Source: an uncultured virus (IMG/VR IMGVR_UViG_3300023205_000110) (lineage: Duplodnaviria; Heunggongvirae; Uroviricota; Caudoviricetes; Crassvirales). Taken from it: a DNA stretch of 33,573 nucleotides. A model generated the notes under the pieces. That model was given only the letters and a program-made list of their open reading frames with translations, was not told the DNA's origin and made no database searches. This document shows positions 27,384 to 33,573 of this stretch, in pieces. The position numbers were made by a program, and so were the translations under genes. The stretch is from IMG/VR virus record IMGVR_UViG_3300023205_000110. One strand, written 5' to 3'. Every line of letters starts with the position of its first letter. Position 1 is the stretch's first letter.

Positions 27384-27940
27384 TAATAAAAGGATATGAA
27401 GAAAAGTTAGATGATAGAGATATTAGATATATTAATTATGTTATTGATAAATCTACAATGGCTGATGCAATTGAATCTTATATTAAAGATTTAGATTGTA
27501 CTATTATTTATCCTGATGGTTCTCGTCCTAGACAAACTATTAATTATGGTTATCGTATTACTCTTTCTAGTATTGAATATATTCTTGATAAACTTTATCT
27601 TGTTCTAGAACATCATCCAGAAAAAGCTCAAAGTTATATTGATTATCGTAATAGTATTATTAAAAGAATTATTGATATACATGAAAAAAATCTTGATTTC
27701 GAGAGAAGAAACCCAGTACGATATTATAGTAAAGAACCAAGGAAACGCACTAGAAGTGCTAGCAGAGTTAATCAATCAAAAGATGTCTTTACAGGTAAAC
27801 CCATTGATGTTAGCACCGATATTGCAAAGGCTATTAAGCCTAAAAAGGAAACGATTGCTCAGCGTAAAGCTAAACTTCTAGGTAGTAAAGCTGTTAGTTT
27901 TGCATTTAATGGTTTAAAAATAAGTGAACATAATGAATAA
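27380..27940 (+). CDS. Hypothetical protein
   Basis: 186 aa with ATGA coupling to the upstream gene. Confidence 0.75.
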   Translation: MIIKGYEEKLDDRDIRYINYVIDKSTMADAIESYIKDLDCTIIYPDGSRPRQTINYGYRITLSSIEYILDKLYLVLEHHPEKAQSYIDYRNSIIKRIIDIHEKNLDFERRNPVRYYSKEPRKRTRSASRVNQSKDVFTGKPIDVSTDIAKAIKPKKETIAQRKAKLLGSKAVSFAFNGLKISEHNE

Positions 27941-29150
27941 ACTTTATCGTAGAAATAACAATGGTGTGCCTACTGTTTGGTGGGCTGAACTTGACAGTGG
28001 TACTAATAGTATCACTGTTTTTTATGGTCTTATTCGAGGTAATATTCGTAAAGAAGTTTATGCTGTTACTCAAAAAGATGGTCAAAAAGAACTTGAGAGT
28101 AGATATAATGATAAGATTAAAAAAGGATATATATATCTTGATGAACTTTGTGATATGCAGGGTTTACCCCCCGTGGAGGATGGAGATAATGATACTCTAT
28201 TTAATTTTCTAAATACTTATCTGCCTAAAGACCTTAGTAATGGAAATACTAATCTTCTACTTCCAATGCTTGCTAAAACGTATAGTGGTAATGTTTGGAA
28301 AAAAGTCAGTTGTATGTATGGTCAGTATAAGATTAATGGTCTTCGTTGTATTGTTACTGCTTATACTCAAAATGATATGTTTAAACCTGTTAGACTTCGT
28401 TTCCAAAGTCGTGAAGGTCTTATTTGGCATACTCTTGGCTATCTTGAAGATTATCTGCTTGCTACTATTAATACAAATATTATTGACGATATGATTAATG
28501 GATTTGCAGCACTTGATGGTGAAGTTTATCTTCCGGGTTATACTATTAATCAAATTAATCATTTTGTTAAAGATGCTAATTGTCTTGAAAATAAACTTCT
28601 TCAATTTTGGTGTTATGATATTATGATGGAAGGCAATCAAACTCATAGAAATACATATCGTTATCATATTAAAATGCCTACTCGCTTTAATAATATTAAA
28701 GAACATTATAATAATAAAGAACAATTAATTATTCTTCCTAGTGGATATATTACTAATGATAATGAAGCTATTGACGCTAGAAATCATTTTATTAATTTAG
28801 GATTTGAAGGTCTTATACTTCGTAATGCTGAAACTGATTATCAATATGGTAGACGTAGAGCTAATTATATGGAGAAGTTTAAAGATGCTGCTGAGGGAGA
28901 TTTTATAATTCTTGATATTTATAAAGAAAAGAAACGTGATTTACCTATTCTTCTTTGTAAAAATGATATTAATAATGAAAAGTTTGAAACTCGTTTAAGC
29001 ACTAGTCATATTGTTCAACAGGAAGTTTTATTCGATTCTCAATCTTATATTGGTAGAACTGTTCATATAGATTATGGTGAACGAAGTGGTGTTACTAGAG
29101 TTCCATCTCATATTAAAAATGTTGTTATAAATGGAGATACTAGATTATAA
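27933..29150 (+). CDS. lig: ATP-dependent DNA ligase
   Basis: PMLA, motif I YKINGLR, LDGEVY, YDI, EGLILR and KFKD. Likely start is ATG 27933. Confidence 0.92.
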   Translation: MNKLYRRNNNGVPTVWWAELDSGTNSITVFYGLIRGNIRKEVYAVTQKDGQKELESRYNDKIKKGYIYLDELCDMQGLPPVEDGDNDTLFNFLNTYLPKDLSNGNTNLLLPMLAKTYSGNVWKKVSCMYGQYKINGLRCIVTAYTQNDMFKPVRLRFQSREGLIWHTLGYLEDYLLATINTNIIDDMINGFAALDGEVYLPGYTINQINHFVKDANCLENKLLQFWCYDIMMEGNQTHRNTYRYHIKMPTRFNNIKEHYNNKEQLIILPSGYITNDNEAIDARNHFINLGFEGLILRNAETDYQYGRRRANYMEKFKDAAEGDFIILDIYKEKKRDLPILLCKNDINNEKFETRLSTSHIVQQEVLFDSQSYIGRTVHIDYGERSGVTRVPSHIKNVVINGDTRL

Positions 29151-29514
29151 TGTAATTAAGAATAATAGTTTTGATAGAACTAAATCTTATTTTAGTTGTT
29201 ATTATAATTCTATTGTTTTATTTACTGATTATGATGCTAAAAGTTATAATTTTGCTGTTAGATATAATGATATAACTAAAAGTAATGAACTTTATGTGAT
29301 TTTGTATAATGATAATAGAATTAATAATAGTGTTCCTATTATTCGAGATGCTAATACTGGATTTAAGTTATATATTCCTAATATAGTTATTAGACTTCTC
29401 GATACAAGATTGCGTAATGCTTTTATTGTGTCTAAAGATGATTTTAATATTAATGTTAAATTTGTAGAAGAACGTAATGGTTTTTGTATTATTTATCATA
29501 TAGATATTGATTAA
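29131..29514 (+). CDS. Hypothetical protein
   Basis: 127-aa ORF overlapping the ligase end. Confidence 0.7.
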   Translation: MEILDYNVIKNNSFDRTKSYFSCYYNSIVLFTDYDAKSYNFAVRYNDITKSNELYVILYNDNRINNSVPIIRDANTGFKLYIPNIVIRLLDTRLRNAFIVSKDDFNINVKFVEERNGFCIIYHIDID

Positions 29515-29518
29515 GGTG

Positions 29519-29553
29519 AAGCCTAGTACATAATATAGTGTGCTAGGCTTTTC
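29519..29553 (+). terminator. Intrinsic terminator
   Basis: AAGCCTAGTACA...TGTGCTAGGCTT followed by TTCT. Confidence 0.75.
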
Positions 29554-29591
29554 TGTTTGTTAGAAGTCTAAAACTATACAGAACACGCTCG

Positions 29592-29653
29592 TAGATATGA
29601 TTCTTTTTGCCTGTATTCGATTTTATATATCTAAATGATTAATCTATCACGAT
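29592..29653 (+). repeat. Intergenic element copy 2
   Basis: TAGATA..TTCTTTT.GC...ATATAT...TGATTAATCTATCACGAT, colinear with 14881-14942. Confidence 0.7.
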
Positions 29654-29788
29654 AAGATTTGCGTGTCATGTTGAGCCTTAAAATGCGTCATTCTCACTAT
29701 GATATTTAACATTAAATTCAGCATCATTATTACTAGTAAATTCCTATTATATTTTTATATTTGTCTTGATAAACAAAAACAAATTATT

Positions 29789-30535
29789 ATGAGTATTAAT
29801 AAAGTTACTATTGTTGGTATTAAAGGATTTAAAGGAAGCGGTAAAGATACAGTTGCTTCTATGATTAGTTATATCCTTCATGATGGTATTATGAAAGCTA
29901 CTTATGATACTTGGCTTCTTTATCATAAAAATGGGTTTGTTGAAAATGATGAAATAATTATTCATTTTGCTGATAAACTTAAAGATGATATTGCTGCATT
30001 TTGTGGTATTGACCGTAAGCTTCTAGATAGGCAAGATATTAAAGAAGAAAATTATTATAATTTTAAAACTGGTATTGTTTCTACTAATATTAAAGAAGCT
30101 ACTTATGTTGTGGATAAATGGAATGATGCTATATTAAAATATAATGACTTATCTTCATATCTTGTTTTATATAATAATAATGTTAGTATTAAAATTAGAG
30201 TTCTTCTTCAATATTATGGTACTAACATTATTAGAAATCATTTTTGGAGAGAAGCTTTTATTCGTTATACTATTAATAAAGCATTTGATATAAAAAATAG
30301 TAAAGGACAATGTATTATAGCTGATGCTAGATTTGATAATGATGAATGTAAAGCTATTAAAGATTGTGGAGGAATGATAATTAGAGTAGATAGAAAATCT
30401 AGTAATGATAATCATGAAAGTCACGAAAGTGAACAAATAACAATTAATAAAGATGATTATGTTATTGATAATACTGGTACTCTTGTTGGTCTTTTCTATA
30501 AAGTTCTTAAATTTGTAACTGATTATATGGTATGA
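29789..30535 (+). CDS. Deoxynucleoside monophosphate kinase
   Basis: GFKGSGKDT P-loop, FADKLK, RVLLQYYGT, IIADARF and HESE motifs. Likely start is ATG 29789, with a TATATTTG element at 29756. Confidence 0.9.
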   Translation: MSINKVTIVGIKGFKGSGKDTVASMISYILHDGIMKATYDTWLLYHKNGFVENDEIIIHFADKLKDDIAAFCGIDRKLLDRQDIKEENYYNFKTGIVSTNIKEATYVVDKWNDAILKYNDLSSYLVLYNNNVSIKIRVLLQYYGTNIIRNHFWREAFIRYTINKAFDIKNSKGQCIIADARFDNDECKAIKDCGGMIIRVDRKSSNDNHESHESEQITINKDDYVIDNTGTLVGLFYKVLKFVTDYMV

Positions 30536-30915
30536 AATTACATCCTATTTTTGGTATAAATGCTCTTGCTAGAGTTTGTATATGTTGTGGTAAAGTTATT
30601 GGTTATACTCCACTTGGAAATTCTGTTGAAGAAGATGCTAGTAAGAGTAAACAAATAGCTGAGGCTATTGTATGTAAAGAATGTATAGATAAGCTTGATA
30701 GTGAAACTTGCTTTATAGCTTGTGACATGGATAAAGATAATTATATAACTGCTACTTATGATACTTTATGGATTAGAAATAAAGGTCTTAAAGAGTTTTT
30801 TAAAGAGCTTGATTCTATACAGCCTATTAATATTATACCTAAAGAACATTTTTATACTGTGTTTGGAAATGTAGTTAAAGATTTTTATAATAATCAAGAA
30901 AATGAAAATAATTGA
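30532..30915 (+). CDS. Putative zinc-binding protein
   Basis: CICCGK ... CKEC. Confidence 0.7.
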   Translation: MKLHPIFGINALARVCICCGKVIGYTPLGNSVEEDASKSKQIAEAIVCKECIDKLDSETCFIACDMDKDNYITATYDTLWIRNKGLKEFFKELDSIQPINIIPKEHFYTVFGNVVKDFYNNQENENN

Positions 30916-31771
30916 ACCTAAAGTTGAACTTTGGCAACAAGGAGATGATTCTAAAGCTCATGTTGCTAGATGCGCAAGAGTTTGTTATGGTAGAGAAACA
31001 GGTAATGATGAAGCTACTATTAAACGACTTATTAATGATGGACATTGGAGTATGTTTCGTCATGGAACTTATTATATGATTGCTAATGATAGCGATAAAA
31101 CTTTAGAAACTATTATTATTAATTATGCTAATACTATTGGTTTTAGTTATCATTATGAAAAACATGTTTATTATATAACTATTAATGGTAATTGGGTTTT
31201 AGACCATAAAACACAATTTGGTTATATATCTAAATATATTGTTCCTATTGAAGATTTTCGTAATACTGAAATAGGATTTCATATGATGAGATATACTTTT
31301 TGTGTTGATACACAAATTAGTACTTCTCGTGAATTAAACCGCGTTAGTCCTAATAGTATTGCTGAAAAATCAACTAGATATGTATATGAAGATGGAAGTA
31401 TTTGTAGACCTCATTGGATAAGCAAAGAAGAAGCTGAATTATTTAATAATGATAATAATATTATTTTAAATGAAGCTATAAATGCTGATTTAAATGAAGC
31501 TATAAATGTTTATCTTAATGGATGTAAAAGAGATTTTGAAGAATATAAAATTCTTGTAGATAAATATAAAATCCGTCGTCAAGATGCTCGTGGTAAACTT
31601 CCTTTTGATACTGCTACTAGATGTATTTATACATATTCCGTAAGAGAATGGCGTCATATTATTGATTTACGTTATTATGGTACTACTGGTACTCCTCATC
31701 CTAATTGTATTATTATAGCTGGTATGATTAGAAATAATTTAATGGAACTTGGATATGACTTCAGAGATTGA
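30902..31771 (+). CDS. thyX: FAD-dependent thymidylate synthase
   Basis: ARVCY, GHWSMF, RELNR...S...STRY, DARGKLP and WRHIIDLR motifs. Confidence 0.88.
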   Translation: MKIIEPKVELWQQGDDSKAHVARCARVCYGRETGNDEATIKRLINDGHWSMFRHGTYYMIANDSDKTLETIIINYANTIGFSYHYEKHVYYITINGNWVLDHKTQFGYISKYIVPIEDFRNTEIGFHMMRYTFCVDTQISTSRELNRVSPNSIAEKSTRYVYEDGSICRPHWISKEEAELFNNDNNIILNEAINADLNEAINVYLNGCKRDFEEYKILVDKYKIRRQDARGKLPFDTATRCIYTYSVREWRHIIDLRYYGTTGTPHPNCIIIAGMIRNNLMELGYDFRD

Positions 31772-31864
31772 TAAACTTAAACATTTATTGTTGTTCTTAA
31801 AGTAGTTAAAGATGAAGAAATGAGAAATAATAAATAAATTATTAACTATTTAAATATTAAAGTT

Positions 31865-32116
31865 ATGAGAAGAAAATTTTATGGTTTTAATAACCGTTTT
31901 AGAACTACTAAAAATACAGAAGCTATTGTATTTGAAAATGGTGGATTTGTTGGTAATTTTGGTTTAAGTAAAAAACTATGGAAGAAATATACTGAAGCTA
32001 TTTATAAATATAGAACTAATACAGGTAAAATGACTGCTAGTGATTATACTCATTTATTTGGTTATTTAAATCCTTATTATCGTTCTGCTTATAATATACC
32101 TAAACGTAGAAAATAA
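31865..32116 (+). CDS. Small basic hypothetical protein
   Basis: 83 aa with TAATG coupling to the next gene. Confidence 0.7.
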   Translation: MRRKFYGFNNRFRTTKNTEAIVFENGGFVGNFGLSKKLWKKYTEAIYKYRTNTGKMTASDYTHLFGYLNPYYRSAYNIPKRRK

Positions 32117-32895
32117 TGGCAAATATTTATAATATTACTGCTGAACTTGAGGATATATTTCTTGAGTTAGAAGAAAATGGGGGTGAATTAACTCCTGAAC
32201 TTGAAGAACGTCTTGCTATTACACAAGAAAGTCTTAAATCCAAACTTGATAGTTATCGTAAAGCATATACTGTACTTAATCTTGAAGCTGAATCTTGTAA
32301 AAAAGAAGAGCAACGATTAGCTGTTCTTCGTAAAACTAAAGAAAATAATGCTGAAAGACTTAAAGGAGTTATGCTTGATGCTGTTATTGCTTATGGAGAT
32401 TTAGGTAAGTCTGGTAATAAAGTTATTAATTTAGTTGATAGTAAACTCTATACTAAGAATAGTAAATGTGTTGAAATTGATGAAAATCTTAATCAAATAT
32501 TTATTGATTTAGTTCTTGAACATTTACAATCTCTTTGGGATAATGATATGATTGATAGTAATTTCTCATTTAGTAGAGATGTGCTTCTTGAACAAATTAA
32601 TGATAAATTTACTGAAAGATATCCTGAACAATCTACTAGACTTAGAGAAGAAACTGGAGGTTATTTTACGCTTGATGATTTAGATTGTATTAAAGTTAAA
32701 TTTGAGATTGAAAAACCTGTTGGTGATTTAGCTAATAAAATTAATTTTGATTTACTTAATACTTTCTTTAATCATCAACATGAAATGACTAGAAGCAGCA
32801 GTGTTAATAAAACTACTATGAAGAATATTCTTAATGATGGTAGAGATATTAGTATAGCTAAACTTGTTGAAAATACTAGTCTTATTATTAAATAA
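32116..32895 (+). CDS. Siphovirus Gp157-like protein
   Basis: MANIYNIT..., coiled coil KKEEQRL..., and the C-terminal AKLVENTSLIIK typical of Gp157. Confidence 0.75.
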   Translation: MANIYNITAELEDIFLELEENGGELTPELEERLAITQESLKSKLDSYRKAYTVLNLEAESCKKEEQRLAVLRKTKENNAERLKGVMLDAVIAYGDLGKSGNKVINLVDSKLYTKNSKCVEIDENLNQIFIDLVLEHLQSLWDNDMIDSNFSFSRDVLLEQINDKFTERYPEQSTRLREETGGYFTLDDLDCIKVKFEIEKPVGDLANKINFDLLNTFFNHQHEMTRSSSVNKTTMKNILNDGRDISIAKLVENTSLIIK

Positions 32896-32971
32896 TTTGG
32901 TTATACTCCCCGTAGAGGACAGAATTAAGTTCATCCTCCACGGGGAGTCAACACTACTAATCTTGCTAATT

Positions 32972-33091
32972 ATGGAACTAGAAGAAAAAGTAAAAGAATT
33001 AATAAAATGGTATATGGATACTTATGGTGTTAATAAAGACCAGGCTGTTAGAGATATTGAAAGTGTTATGTTACGTATAAGTCATAAATAA
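32972..33091 (+). CDS. Small hypothetical protein (39 aa)
   Basis: MELEEKVKELIKWYMDTYGVNKDQAVRDIESVMLRISHK. Its stop lies 1 nt before the next start. Confidence 0.6.
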   Translation: MELEEKVKELIKWYMDTYGVNKDQAVRDIESVMLRISHK

Positions 33092-33092
33092 T

Positions 33093-33573
33093 ATGTATAA
33101 AGTAAAAGGTAAACCTTGGGCTTATTCTGGTGCTATTGATGTATCAGATTGTGCTACTGCTAAAGAAGTTATGCTTAAAGCTGGACTTAATTTTAATGTA
33201 GCTAAATGTGAACTAGTTGGTAAAATGCCTATTAAACTTACTGGAACTGATGAAGAACTTGACCGAATTATTAAAGAACAAAAAGAAGGCGCTCATGTTT
33301 TTGGTACTGACATTTATCGTAAGTGTGATAACGCCTTTGCTACCTATCGTACTGATTACAATATTCCTTTAGGTGTTGTTAAAAGTAAATATACTATTGT
33401 ACAAAACAATGATGCTTTTAATTTCTTTGATGACGCTATTGGTAAAAATTCTGCTATTTGGCAAACTGCTGGATTTTGGGGAAATGGTGAAAGAATATTT
33501 GTAAGTGCTAAACTTCCTAATAATATTCTTGTTAAAGGTGACCCTGTTGAAAATTATCTAGTATTTACTAATA
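33093..33573 (+). CDS. DUF932 family protein (runs off the right edge)
   Basis: Read manually as MYKVKGKPW...AGLNFNVAK...RTDYNIPLGVVKSKYTIVQNNDAFNFFD...TAGFWGNGERIFVSAKLP. Confidence 0.8.
   Translation, partial: MYKVKGKPWAYSGAIDVSDCATAKEVMLKAGLNFNVAKCELVGKMPIKLTGTDEELDRIIKEQKEGAHVFGTDIYRKCDNAFATYRTDYNIPLGVVKSKYTIVQNNDAFNFFDDAIGKNSAIWQTAGFWGNGERIFVSAKLPNNILVKGDPVENYLVFTN

Larger units (their letters stand above)
4185..32949. repeat. Dispersed ~20-bp GC-rich repeat ACYCCCCGTRGAGGATGGA (13 copies)
   Basis: Forward at about 4185, 6565, 8644, 13198, 21774, 28166 and 32905. Reverse at about 8766, 13316 (degenerate), 15873, 20176, 26633 and 32933. Confidence 0.92.

Noticed and set aside
31755..31835. 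Possible gene remnant MTSEIDKLKHLLLFLK after thyX
   Set aside because: Too short to support without comparison to other strains.
255..33091. Many antisense or off-frame ORFs in the track (e.g. 1047-1730, 10298-11113, 20807-21313)
   Set aside because: They are shadows of real genes, with Ile/Phe/Asn-rich composition and no motifs.
1..33573. Stop-codon reassignment as seen in some crAss-like phages
   Set aside because: Long genes are intact in code 11, and TAG (16491, 22674) and TGA end genes at sensible positions. No suppressor tRNA was seen.

Overview
An AT-rich segment of a crAss-like (Crassvirales, Bacteroidota-infecting) phage that closely resembles prototypical crAssphage and uses the standard genetic code. 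The left arm (minus strand, 1-8533) carries the portal, terminase large subunit, a lysis cassette (GH108 endolysin plus spanin-like proteins), a PD-(D/E)XK nuclease and hypotheticals. After a divergent control region (8534-9041), the plus strand carries a RepL-like protein, an SSB, small accessory genes and a replication module: Dda-like helicase, UDG-like protein, family B polymerase, degenerate SF2 helicase, RecT-like protein, a second DLPF-tailed protein, primase, ATP-dependent ligase, dNMP kinase, ThyX, Gp157-like and DUF932 proteins. The most notable signals are non-coding. (1) The 14116-14493 gap holds four GUGA-tetraloop hairpins, each preceded by a U-rich spacer that looks antisense to a translation start, interleaved with a complete type I hammerhead ribozyme (predicted cut after C14302). 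(2) A GC-rich ~20-bp repeat (ACYCCCCGTRGAGGATGGA) occurs 13 times in both orientations, including inside genes in different frames, and three copies are followed by structurally conserved GNA-loop hairpins. All protein calls come from motif recognition and gene context, not database searches.
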